Shown: in pieces, positions 9,104 to 17,542 of the stretch | Numbering within the stretch: the first letter of the stretch is position 1 | How the letters are laid out: the number at the start of each line of letters is the position of its first letter | From: Candidatus Woesearchaeota archaeon | GTDB lineage: Archaea; Nanobdellota; Nanobdellia; Pacearchaeales; GW2011-AR1 | Direction: 5' to 3' | Assembly (NCBI GenBank): GCA_964612685.1 | Contig: CAZTCF010000003.1 | Location: 3,685-67,684, forward strand | Length of the DNA stretch: 64,000 nt | Program-made: the position numbers and the translations under genes | The notes under the pieces: model-generated | What the model saw: the letters and a program-made list of their open reading frames with translations, nothing else | Databases searched by the model: none | Told to the model about the DNA's origin: nothing

Positions 9104-9295
9104 ACCTCCCTTAATTACCACCTGTTGTATTTAAGAGAAACCTCAAAAAAATAACTCCTATTTAAACTTTAGTAACCACTAATCATTTCAACATGAATAT
9201 ACAAGTTTCTATAAGGAAAATATTAAAAATTGGCACTCTAATTTCAACCGAACATTTTTAAAGTTTGCAAATATAATTATTTCAGGAGGTGATAA

Positions 9296-9565
9296 ATGGC
9301 ACTAAACGAAATTGTAAATCAACTTGGAATTTCTCCCTGGATTTTAGGGATTATTTTAATTTGGTCCCTCATATGGAAACTTTTAGCCCTTTGGAAATCT
9401 GCTAGAAACAACCATTTAAAATGGTTTATCGTATTGGGTATCTTTAACACAGTTGGAGTTCTGGAAATATTATATTATTACATATTTTCAGACATGAAAG
9501 CTAACTCCAAAAAAGAAAAAACTGATAAAAAGAAAAAAACCAACCAAGGAAAAAATAAAAAATAA
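9296..9565 (+). CDS. small membrane protein with a Lys-rich tail
   Basis: Strong SD (CAGGAGGTGATAA-ATG). Two hydrophobic helices. Confidence 0.65.
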   Translation: MALNEIVNQLGISPWILGIILIWSLIWKLLALWKSARNNHLKWFIVLGIFNTVGVLEILYYYIFSDMKANSKKEKTDKKKKTNQGKNKK

Positions 9566-9570
9566 ATTTT

Positions 9571-9801
9571 TTAATTTCTTTTTCTTATTTTTTTATTATT
9601 CCCATTCCAGAAAGTTATTATTGCAGAGAATATAAATCCACAAGTAACTGAGAGAATAATCATATTGGAAATTGTAAACATACTAACATAACCCTCCCAA
9701 AGATTAGGAATTACATCAAAGTATACAAAAAAGTAAATAAACGAAAATACAACCACAGAATAGAAAAACCCTCTTAATCCCCACCATACCCATTTTGTCA
9801 T
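9571..9801 (-). CDS. small membrane protein, tandem paralog of 9804..10058
   Basis: MTKWVWWG...FF..VVVF is similar to MSKWRWVYWGAFFSVVLF in the neighbouring ORF. Confidence 0.55.
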   Translation of the reverse strand: MTKWVWWGLRGFFYSVVVFSFIYFFVYFDVIPNLWEGYVSMFTISNMIILSVTCGFIFSAIITFWNGNNKKIRKRN

Positions 9802-9803
9802 TT

Positions 9804-10058
9804 TTATACTGTCTGAACTCCCTCCTTCTTTGAGCCAATTAAAATAGATAACCCCAATAAAAATCCAATTACCAGAGAAGAAATTACAACATTTACGAGT
9901 TTTGAAAAGAATTTTCCAATACCAGACACATCCATATTTCCAAGCATTAATACTGATGATGGATTCTCAAAGACTCTTTTGTAAATTAAAAAATACAAAA
10001 CAAAAAATAGGACTACCGAGAAAAAAGCCCCCCAATACACCCACCTCCATTTGCTCAT
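9804..10058 (-). CDS. small membrane protein, tandem paralog
   Basis: Start set at MSKWRW by analogy with the downstream paralog. Confidence 0.5.
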   Translation of the reverse strand: MSKWRWVYWGAFFSVVLFFVLYFLIYKRVFENPSSVLMLGNMDVSGIGKFFSKLVNVVISSLVIGFLLGLSILIGSKKEGVQTV

Positions 10059-10153
10059 AATTAATACACCAATCAAGGATATTTAAATTTAATTAAAAAA
10101 TCAAAAAATACCCTACTAAAAAGATTTATAAAAAACAATTTCTTAACTTTCTA

Positions 10154-12016
10154 ATGAGGTGCAAGTTATTTTTAGCAGCTATATTCTTATTATTTATGTT
10201 AGAATTTGTTCCAGCTCCCTATATTTATTCTGTTTCTTGGAATATGACCGAGGTAATGGATGGGCAACAGGTAAAATTAATTGTTGAAGGAGAGGGATTA
10301 ATAGGACATCCAATATCTTTTAAAATATTCGAAAAAAATCAAGAAGGCTCTGATACACTTATGAGTAATCCTCCTTCTACTATTGTCTTTAATAATAAAA
10401 CAAGCAATTATTATACTTTTGACTATGCTCTTTGGAATGCAGTTTACCAGGATGATACATATGGAAGTGAAACAGACCCTCCTGAGTATTATTTCGCTGC
10501 ACAGGTTGCAGATAGAGCCCCAGATTCTTGGACATATGTTCAAAGTTCAACAAAATACGAAGACTTACTCAAGGTATATCCAATAGTATCTGGACCGGGG
10601 GCAATATGGACAACAAATGGAGATTGTGGAGATATAGACCAGGATATAAATCATTTTGCTAGAGGAGAACATGTTTACATAAATGGAGCCGGATTTGAAC
10701 CTGGAGTATATAACTGGGATATTATAGGGGGTCCTGGAGGTTCATCTGGGGATCCTGGAATTCAAGTTGCATCTGGAACACATAATGTTGGACAAGATGG
10801 AACATTCTGCCTTGAAGCATACAGAGTAGCTTTAGATGATTGGGGAGAATATAACGTGGATTTCGGGGATAAAAATGATAACTATAGAGTTGATCCAAAT
10901 TTACCAATTGTGGGAGATTGTAAATTAACTAATGTTTATTGGGACGTAACAACTGCTTTTGAAGGTGAAATGGTAATCATAAAAGTTATGGGAACAGAAG
11001 ATTGCGATGGAGATGATATCTCATTTATTGTTAAAGAAAAAGATGCATTTCCTAATTTAGATGATGATGTTAAAATAAATCCATTAGATGTTCACTTCGA
11101 TTCTTCAAGATATAATCATGGGTATTGGATAGCCGAAGCACAAGATAACAATGATGAAGAGGGAGGACAAACTTATCCTCCAGAATACTACTTTATGGCA
11201 ACAGTTGCTTCTACAGGAGAAAAATTAGAAAGTTCTAACCTTCTGGAAGTATTAAACAGAGATATTACTTGTGCAGGAATAAACTATTGTTCTGATTATC
11301 TTAACCAATTAGACTGTGAAAGAGACAACTGCGAAGTTGGAGAAGATAGTGTTCCTACAAATATAAATTGTGGAGAAACCTTATTCAACCCAATAACTGA
11401 ATGTTGGGACAATACAAATTGTGGATGTTTTTGGAATATTACTTTAGGGTTATGTGAAGGAGGATGGGAAGTAGATTCGAGATGTTTTTGTACAACTAAT
11501 GACGAATGCTGGCTTGTTGGAGGTTTATGTCAAGATGATTGCACTTGTTTTGGCAATAGCATCCCAGATGGAGAAGGCTCCTGTGATTATACTCCTGGAG
11601 TTTGTAACACAAACGATGAATGCTGGCTAGCAGGAGATAAATGTAATGAAGATTGCACCTGTGAAGAAAGATATGAACCGAATGGTGAAGGAAGTTGTGG
11701 ACAAGGATACCCTTCACCAGGTACTTGTTTTTATACAGATACTACCCCCCCGTATGATTGTCAAGAGGGAGGAGTTTTTGTTAGAACGCAGTCAGCCCAA
11801 TGGATATGGGCTCCTGGAAATGAAATATCAATGTATGATCCATTAGGAAAACACCTTCAGTGTGTAGATATAGAAGAAGTATTTGTCTGTCCAAGCTCAG
11901 TTGAAGTTCCTTTCTTCGGAACATTTAATATAATAATTGTAATTGCAATAACCAGCTTAATTTATTTAGGGTATTCAATTAACAACAAAAAAAGGAAAGA
12001 AAATTCAACTCCCTAA
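10154..12016 (+). CDS. large secreted Cys-rich surface protein with a C-terminal membrane anchor and internal duplications
   Basis: N-terminal signal/anchor and a C-terminal TM plus KKRKE. A duplicated domain is marked by PPEYYF(A/M)A.VA. There are two Cys-rich modules C.TNDECWL.G..C..DCTC......GEGSC. Confidence 0.8.
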   Translation: MRCKLFLAAIFLLFMLEFVPAPYIYSVSWNMTEVMDGQQVKLIVEGEGLIGHPISFKIFEKNQEGSDTLMSNPPSTIVFNNKTSNYYTFDYALWNAVYQDDTYGSETDPPEYYFAAQVADRAPDSWTYVQSSTKYEDLLKVYPIVSGPGAIWTTNGDCGDIDQDINHFARGEHVYINGAGFEPGVYNWDIIGGPGGSSGDPGIQVASGTHNVGQDGTFCLEAYRVALDDWGEYNVDFGDKNDNYRVDPNLPIVGDCKLTNVYWDVTTAFEGEMVIIKVMGTEDCDGDDISFIVKEKDAFPNLDDDVKINPLDVHFDSSRYNHGYWIAEAQDNNDEEGGQTYPPEYYFMATVASTGEKLESSNLLEVLNRDITCAGINYCSDYLNQLDCERDNCEVGEDSVPTNINCGETLFNPITECWDNTNCGCFWNITLGLCEGGWEVDSRCFCTTNDECWLVGGLCQDDCTCFGNSIPDGEGSCDYTPGVCNTNDECWLAGDKCNEDCTCEERYEPNGEGSCGQGYPSPGTCFYTDTTPPYDCQEGGVFVRTQSAQWIWAPGNEISMYDPLGKHLQCVDIEEVFVCPSSVEVPFFGTFNIIIVIAITSLIYLGYSINNKKRKENSTP

Positions 12017-12054
12017 AAAAGATTTAAAAATAAATTTATCTTAAGTTAGTTAAT

Positions 12055-12354
12055 ATGAACACAAAACCTACAAAAAAGAAGGTAATATGGACAATGGTAT
12101 TTGCATTTCTTATAAATGCGGCAGTCCCTTTAATTAATTGGGTTGTAACAACAATCACCTGGCCATTGGTTAGAACATATCTTGAAAAAAATGAATTAAC
12201 TGGGCTTTTTGGACCAGCAACAATCTCGACACTTATTGCATACTTAATTTCCCCAACAAATATTATTGTATTTTTACTCGAAATTCTAATAATCTATTTC
12301 ATTTGGAGTCTTTTTCAGAAAAAAAGAAATCCAAAAATGCCTATGAAAAATTAA
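12055..12354 (+). CDS. small membrane protein (99 aa)
   Basis: Three hydrophobic segments. A TATA-like AAAAAGATTTAAAAATA box lies upstream. Confidence 0.6.
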   Translation: MNTKPTKKKVIWTMVFAFLINAAVPLINWVVTTITWPLVRTYLEKNELTGLFGPATISTLIAYLISPTNIIVFLLEILIIYFIWSLFQKKRNPKMPMKN

Positions 12355-12391
12355 AAACAATCTTTAAAAACCAATATTTCTATTCAGAGGA

Positions 12392-12901
12392 ATGTCACTT
12401 AAGCTATTGAAGCATACTAACAAAGATATAGATATCTTTTACACATATGAAATGGTAGAAGATAGAGGATTATCCAATAAAATTAGTTTAGATGTAGCCT
12501 GCTATAGAACAGAAGAAAATTTCATTGGCAAAAATGATGATTACAAAAACATCATAAAGGAGAACTCCAAAAAAACAGGACTTGAAAGAATAGCAATTCT
12601 AACAGCGCATGGAGATAGTATAAGAAACAACTGGTTTTATTTCAATGAAGATGCTGGATCTCCGATACAACATTGGATAGATGATGTAGATGGTAAATAT
12701 AACGTATTAATTCTAGATGTTTGCAATCCAAAAAACTCCCAGATAAGTTCAGAAAATTCAATTGTAATACACCCGAACGGAGGAGTATCCAACCGATTAC
12801 TTATGCAGGACTTGGTACAACTTGAGCTATACTTACCCGGAATAGGATATTTAGACTCTTATCTTTTTGAAGAACAATTAAAAAAATTAAAAGAAAAATA
12901 A
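12392..12901 (+). CDS. hypothetical protein (169 aa)
   Basis: ORF. ILTAHGD and LILDVCNP segments loosely resemble a His/Cys dyad of a caspase-like fold. This is very tentative. Confidence 0.6.
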   Translation: MSLKLLKHTNKDIDIFYTYEMVEDRGLSNKISLDVACYRTEENFIGKNDDYKNIIKENSKKTGLERIAILTAHGDSIRNNWFYFNEDAGSPIQHWIDDVDGKYNVLILDVCNPKNSQISSENSIVIHPNGGVSNRLLMQDLVQLELYLPGIGYLDSYLFEEQLKKLKEK

Positions 12902-12918
12902 ATAAAATAGACTTCTAA

Positions 12919-13173
12919 CTATTTTCCACACCCGCAAGAGCCAGTTCCAGAAACTGCTCCACAAGTTGCAAGTCCACAATTACTTTGGGCTGTGCATCCT
13001 CCAGCATTCCCTCCAGGACATCCTGTGCATGTTGAAGAGCCAGTTGCCTGTATTGTCTGATCTGTCGATTCTTGTACGTCTGAATTGTATGAAAATGCAT
13101 TAACCAACGCTATGCTTCCCATAAGTAATATCAACAATCCAAAACTTATAGACACAATTATCCATGTTTTCAT
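12919..13173 (-). CDS. small secreted or membrane-anchored Cys/Gly-rich peptide (84 aa)
   Basis: Strong SD (CAGGAGGTTAAA-ATG). N-terminal hydrophobic anchor. The C-terminal 40 aa read TCTGCPGGNAGGCTAQSNCGLATCGAVSGTGSCGCGK. Confidence 0.65.
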   Translation of the reverse strand: MKTWIIVSISFGLLILLMGSIALVNAFSYNSDVQESTDQTIQATGSSTCTGCPGGNAGGCTAQSNCGLATCGAVSGTGSCGCGK

Positions 13174-13361
13174 TTTAACCTCCTGTATGATTTAATTAAC
13201 ATTTTATCTTGAGCCTTGTTTATTTTTTCGTATTTTTTAATACAATCTTTACAGCAAAATTCATCATCCTCTTCAAGAACCATTCCGCACATTTTACATC
13301 CTCTACCCAACCCAGAATAAATCTCCTTTTCACAAATAGGGCAATTTAAATTATTACTCAT
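13170..13361 (-). CDS. TRASH-like metal-binding domain protein (63 aa)
   Basis: CPICEKEI...CKMCG...FCCKDCIKKY fits the C-x2-C...FC-x3-C pattern of TRASH domains. A GGAGGA SD lies upstream. Confidence 0.55.
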   Translation of the reverse strand: MSNNLNCPICEKEIYSGLGRGCKMCGMVLEEDDEFCCKDCIKKYEKINKAQDKMLIKSYRRLK

Positions 13362-13953
13362 TTAATGTTCCTCCTTCACCAAGTACTTCTGCAGGAAATT
13401 CTCCGAATATACTTAATTGGAGTATATCCTCTTTTGAAATCAAGGAAGGATTATAATAAATCATGAACTTATTTGGAAAAGAATATTCAACTGCTTCTAT
13501 TCCATCTGTTGTTTTTAATTCATCTGAGATTAAAGGGGCGTGCCCTGGACAAGGGATTTTAGAGGTGATATGTAGAAAAGAGGTGTTCTCATTGTCCAGA
13601 GCAGAAACAAATCCTGTACCCCAAAAATTAGCTATCAGAGGAAATATGAAAAAGAAAAGCAGGATGTTTATCCCAACTGTTGAACCATACATTATGAATA
13701 AATATCCTTTTTTATCTCTAATTCCTTTCCAAGATAATTTTTTATTCTTCTTTAAATAAAAGAAAGAAGAAAGTGTTGCAAATCCCAATGAGATCAAGAT
13801 AAGATAATAGAAGATATTTCTATTCATAAGTATTGGTTTAAAAAATTGCATTAATATTGTTGCTCCAAATACCGCTGCTAGTATAAATACTATACAACCT
13901 ATATGGGGGATTAGCCCATATATCATTCCTTTGAAAGCGTTTCTATTTTTCAT
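13354..13953 (-). CDS. membrane protein with a C-terminal HMA-like (ferredoxin-fold) domain
   Basis: Four hydrophobic helices (the first contains PHIGC). The C-terminal segment LHITSKIPCPGHAPLISDELKTTDGIEAVEYSF...IYYNP looks like a heavy-metal-associated fold with CPGH in place of MxCxxC. Confidence 0.55.
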   Translation of the reverse strand: MKNRNAFKGMIYGLIPHIGCIVFILAAVFGATILMQFFKPILMNRNIFYYLILISLGFATLSSFFYLKKNKKLSWKGIRDKKGYLFIMYGSTVGINILLFFFIFPLIANFWGTGFVSALDNENTSFLHITSKIPCPGHAPLISDELKTTDGIEAVEYSFPNKFMIYYNPSLISKEDILQLSIFGEFPAEVLGEGGTLNE

Positions 13954-14014
13954 TATTTATTAATAGAAAGCTTTATTATAATCGCTTTGGAGAAACTAGT
14001 TACATCTATTTATT

Positions 14015-14488
14015 TTAGTCTTTTAACACAACAATGTTATTCATCCCGCGTCTTTTTCTTTCAATAACCTGTTTAGATTCTAATTTATCAAGCAATCTTG
14101 TTACTCCCACCTTACCAATATTTAACTTCTCCATTAAATCGGCCTGAAACATCGCATTACCTTCATTTAATAATAATTCTACAACTTCTTTTTCCCTTTT
14201 ATCCAAAGAAGAATAATCTTTTTTCTTCTTCTTTTCTTTTATTGTTTTTACAATTACTTTTTCCTTTGGTTTTACAAACATCAAAACAATACCAATAATA
14301 AATATCACCCCGACAATAGCTAAACTTATCCATGTTTGTATAGCAATAGTATCGTACATTGAACAAGAATCTCCATGAGTACAGGTATCTCCAACTATCC
14401 TTTTCAAAGCAGCATTGAAAATCCAGACTATAACTCCCATTAAACCTGCAATGCCTGTAATTATCCAACCAACTGTTTTATTTTCCAT
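14015..14488 (-). CDS. membrane-anchored winged-helix transcriptional regulator
   Basis: Two N-terminal TM helices flank a C-x5-C loop (DTCTHGDSCSMYD). The C-terminal wHTH reads EKEVVELLLNEGNAMFQADLMEKLNIGKVGVTRLLDKLESKQVIERKR. Confidence 0.7.
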   Translation of the reverse strand: MENKTVGWIITGIAGLMGVIVWIFNAALKRIVGDTCTHGDSCSMYDTIAIQTWISLAIVGVIFIIGIVLMFVKPKEKVIVKTIKEKKKKKDYSSLDKREKEVVELLLNEGNAMFQADLMEKLNIGKVGVTRLLDKLESKQVIERKRRGMNNIVVLKD

Positions 14489-14491
14489 TTG

Positions 14492-15151
14492 TTACCCATC
14501 AATTATTTTATCTTTATTTACCCCAAACTCAATTAACCATTTTTTAATCCTCTCTACAAAACCTAAAGGACCACAAACATAAAAATATTTATTGAAATCG
14601 GTTATCTCTTTCTTCAAAAAAGCCTTGTTTATTCTCTTATTTAAGTATCCTTTTCTTTTTTCTTCTGTCAATGAAAAAACAACATTTTCACCAAGGATTT
14701 CATTTAACTCCCTCTCACATATAATATCTTTATGGGTTTTATTAAAGAAGAGAAGTTTATTCTTTTTAATTATCTCCTCTCCTAAACTTCTGAATATACT
14801 TAAAAAAGGAGTTATTCCAGTTCCACCCGCAATAAATATTCCTTCCCCCTTATAACCAAAATATCCAAAGGGCTCATCAATGATTAATTCTTCTCCTGCT
14901 TTAAGTTCATGTATTTTTTCGGTTATCCCATTAGGATATTCCTTTATTATAAATTCCAAAACACTCTCTTCTGATCTGGAAGTAAAAGTAAAAGGCCTTT
15001 TTTCATTTCTAAATCTAAGTGTATTTATTGAAACATTTGTAGCCTGTCCTGGATTAAAGACATATCCTTCTGGTTTTTCCGTTATAATTCTTTTAACATT
15101 ATGAGTCTCTAAATCAATCTTAAGAATCTTAACTGGTTGTTCATTTATCAT
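14492..15151 (-). CDS. FAD/NAD(P)-binding oxidoreductase (ferredoxin-NADP reductase-like)
   Basis: RPFTFTS (the RxY(S/T) FAD motif) and GGTGITPFLS (NAD-binding motif). The start was moved to MINEQP to remove a 32-nt overlap with iscU. Confidence 0.8.
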   Translation of the reverse strand: MINEQPVKILKIDLETHNVKRIITEKPEGYVFNPGQATNVSINTLRFRNEKRPFTFTSRSEESVLEFIIKEYPNGITEKIHELKAGEELIIDEPFGYFGYKGEGIFIAGGTGITPFLSIFRSLGEEIIKKNKLLFFNKTHKDIICERELNEILGENVVFSLTEEKRKGYLNKRINKAFLKKEITDFNKYFYVCGPLGFVERIKKWLIEFGVNKDKIIDG

Positions 15152-15152
15152 T

Positions 15153-15548
15153 TTACTTTTTAGCTCCTGATTTATAATCATCAATGGCTTTTTTCAAAGC
15201 CTGAGAAGCCATAGTAGAACAATGTATCTTTATATTCGGAAGCCCACCAAGACTCTCAACAACATCAGTATATTTTATCTTTTCAACATCACTTAACTTC
15301 TTTCCTTTTGCAAGCTTTGTAATCATAGAAGAAGTTGCAATAGCAGCAGCACATCCAAAGGTTTTGAATTTTATATCCTTTAAAATCTCCTCCCCTTTTT
15401 TATCCTTCTCAACCTTAATATATACCCACATTATATCCCCACATGTAGGATTTCCAATCTTACCGACTCCACTAGCATCTTTTATCTCGCCCATATTTTG
15501 GGGATTTGTAAACTCTTTCAAAACTTTTTTATTATAATCTAGTGGCAT
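15153..15548 (-). CDS. iscU: Fe-S cluster assembly scaffold IscU/NifU-like
   Basis: GNPTCGD, FKTFGCAAAIATSS and HCSTMA give the three conserved Cys of IscU. Confidence 0.9.
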   Translation of the reverse strand: MPLDYNKKVLKEFTNPQNMGEIKDASGVGKIGNPTCGDIMWVYIKVEKDKKGEEILKDIKFKTFGCAAAIATSSMITKLAKGKKLSDVEKIKYTDVVESLGGLPNIKIHCSTMASQALKKAIDDYKSGAKK

Positions 15549-15556
15549 TTTAAAAA

Positions 15557-16012
15557 TTATGGAATCAATCCCTCTCCTTTCAAAACTTCTTTATGTGCAT
15601 ATGCTAATTTCATATTTTTAATCTCAGAAGGATTAAACCAATTAACTTCCCTGGTTTCATCTTTAGGTTTAGGTGTTCCTTTAGTTATCTTCCCATAAAA
15701 TGGAACATCAACACTATGAAATTTACAGTTTTTCTCAGGTAAATTTTCATAAATATTTTTACTTCTCTTAATTATATTAATATCAACTCCTAACTCCTCT
15801 TTAACTTCTCTCTTAGCAGTATCCTCCAATTCCTCTCCATAATCAGGCATTCCCCCGGGTAACCCCCAAAACCCAGGATAAGTATGCATATTCATGTTTC
15901 TCTTACCAAGCAGTATTTCTCCTTTAGAGTTTTGAATTATAACAGGAACTCCAACATAAACATATTTTTGCTTAACTAACTTTAAAAACAAATTAACAAG
16001 TGAATGGCTCAT
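15557..16012 (-). CDS. NUDIX hydrolase
   Basis: Nudix box GGMPDYGEELEDTAKREVKEELGV. Confidence 0.9.
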   Translation of the reverse strand: MSHSLVNLFLKLVKQKYVYVGVPVIIQNSKGEILLGKRNMNMHTYPGFWGLPGGMPDYGEELEDTAKREVKEELGVDINIIKRSKNIYENLPEKNCKFHSVDVPFYGKITKGTPKPKDETREVNWFNPSEIKNMKLAYAHKEVLKGEGLIP

Positions 16013-16245
16013 CTTCTTTTCACCCCCAATTTTTTTCCCTTCTTTCCTTCTTCCTTATTCAATCTCTCAATGAATTTATCAATCTCTTTTGAATTCATTC
16101 CATGAGCTATACATCCCTCTTCAATTGTTTCCATATGAGCCATTGGACACCCCATACATCCCATTCCAGAAGAAAGTAAAAGCCCAGCTAATTCTGGTCT
16201 TTCCATTAACAACTCATTCATATTTGTCTTTCTAGTTATTTTCAT
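16009..16245 (-). CDS. DUF1858-like redox-disulfide domain protein
   Basis: 78 aa with the GMGCMGCPMAHMETIEEGCIAHG pattern typical of hybrid-cluster-protein-associated DUF1858 domains. It overlaps the Nudix start by 4 nt. Confidence 0.65.
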   Translation of the reverse strand: MKITRKTNMNELLMERPELAGLLLSSGMGCMGCPMAHMETIEEGCIAHGMNSKEIDKFIERLNKEEGKKGKKLGVKRR

Positions 16246-16268
16246 TTTATTTTAAAATTAAATCAAAC

Positions 16269-16397
16269 TCAATCTTCGTCTTCATAAAAGTCACTTTCTT
16301 CTTCATGCAAATCCGCATCCTCTTCATCAAGTTCTTCTTCACATTCGGCCTCGTTCTTGATTTCACATGCATGCTTTTCAAATTTATTCTTTTTCAT
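16269..16397 (-). CDS. unannotated small acidic ORF (42 aa): MKKNKFEKHACEIKNEAECEEELDEEDADLHEEESDFYEDED
   Basis: Below the 60-aa track cutoff. Its ATG overlaps the iscS TGA stop (ATGA), which suggests translational coupling. It fills an otherwise empty 148-nt gap. Confidence 0.4.
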   Translation of the reverse strand: MKKNKFEKHACEIKNEAECEEELDEEDADLHEEESDFYEDED

Positions 16398-17542
16398 CTT
16401 ATTAAAGGACTAAACCTCCTCAATTTAATTACAATTCCCTTTATTTTGCTTAAGAAATAATCAACTTCTTCTTCAGTTGTATATTTGCTTATGCTTATTC
16501 TAAGAGAACTATTAGATTGTAATGCATTCAAACCAAGCGCTTTCAAAACATGACTTGTTTGAAGTGAATGTGACATACATGCACTCCCTGTTGAAGTGTA
16601 AATCCCATCATTTTCTAAATATCCCCCTATTGCTTCTCCCTCAATATCATTGAAAGAAACATTCACATTATTACAGAGTCTTTTGCTCCCTCTAGGACCA
16701 TTTAATGTTACATTATCTATTTTCAACAACCCCTCAATCAATCTATCCCTTAGTTTTTCCATTTTCTTAACATCCTTTTCACTTGCAATCTCTGCAGCTT
16801 TTGCAAAACCAACAATCCCTGAAACATTTTCAGTCCCACTCCTCAGTTTGTGTTCATGTCCCCCTCCGTGAAATAACGGAACAATATTAATACCTGATTT
16901 TATATATACTGCCCCAACTCCCTTAGGACCATATATTTTATGAGAATTTAATGTAACTAAATCAATATTTTGCTTTTTGACATTTATTGGAACTTTTGTA
17001 TAACTTTGACATGCATCCGTATGAAGTAAAACCCCTCTCTCATGACATATCTTCCCAATACTCTCCAAATCCTGGATTGTACCTATCTCATTATTAGCAT
17101 GTATTACGGAAACAAGAAAAGTTTTTTCATTTATCTCTTTCTTTAATTCATTTAAATCAATAAACCCCTCTTTATTCACATCAAGATAAGTGACTTTTGC
17201 TCCCTGCGTCTCTAGCCACCTACAAGTATTCAAAACACAATCATGTTCTATAGACGTTGTAATAATATGATTTTTACGAGGGTAATTTGCAAAAAATAAA
17301 CCCTTCAACACTAAATTATTCCCCTCAGTTCCTCCGGAAGTAAAAATTATTTCTCCTGGATTTGCTTTAATAGATAGTCCAATTGTTCTTCTGCTTTTTT
17401 CAAGAGCATATTTTGCCTTTATCCCCGCATCATGTTGAGAAGAAGCATTCCCAAATGTATCCGTGAAATAAGGAAGCATCTCTTTCAAAACCTTTTCATC
17501 AATTTTTGTCGTTGCTGCATTGTCAAAGTATATTTTTTTCAT
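16394..17542 (-). CDS. iscS: cysteine desulfurase (IscS/NifS family)
   Basis: YFDNAATT, the PLP-lysine motif SHKIYGPKGVG, and the active-site SGSACMS. The ATG at 17542 overlaps the arsR-like stop (ATGA). Confidence 0.92.
   Translation of the reverse strand: MKKIYFDNAATTKIDEKVLKEMLPYFTDTFGNASSQHDAGIKAKYALEKSRRTIGLSIKANPGEIIFTSGGTEGNNLVLKGLFFANYPRKNHIITTSIEHDCVLNTCRWLETQGAKVTYLDVNKEGFIDLNELKKEINEKTFLVSVIHANNEIGTIQDLESIGKICHERGVLLHTDACQSYTKVPINVKKQNIDLVTLNSHKIYGPKGVGAVYIKSGINIVPLFHGGGHEHKLRSGTENVSGIVGFAKAAEIASEKDVKKMEKLRDRLIEGLLKIDNVTLNGPRGSKRLCNNVNVSFNDIEGEAIGGYLENDGIYTSTGSACMSHSLQTSHVLKALGLNALQSNSSLRISISKYTTEEEVDYFLSKIKGIVIKLRRFSPLIR

Noticed and set aside
8621-9121. The longer NrdR ORF starting at 9121
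   Set aside because: That start is a GTG, and the extra 21 aa would run through the palindrome. NrdR proteins begin at the zinc ribbon (M.CP.C), and the ATG at 9058 has an SD.
12915-13100. Alternative-frame 61-aa ORF overlapping the Cys/Gly-rich peptide gene
   Set aside because: It has no SD and no signal sequence. The frame 12919..13173 has a strong GGAGGT SD and a signal anchor.
14098-14468. ORFs 14098..14298 (+) and 14199..14468 (-)
   Set aside because: They overlap the well-supported membrane wHTH gene in other frames or on the other strand.
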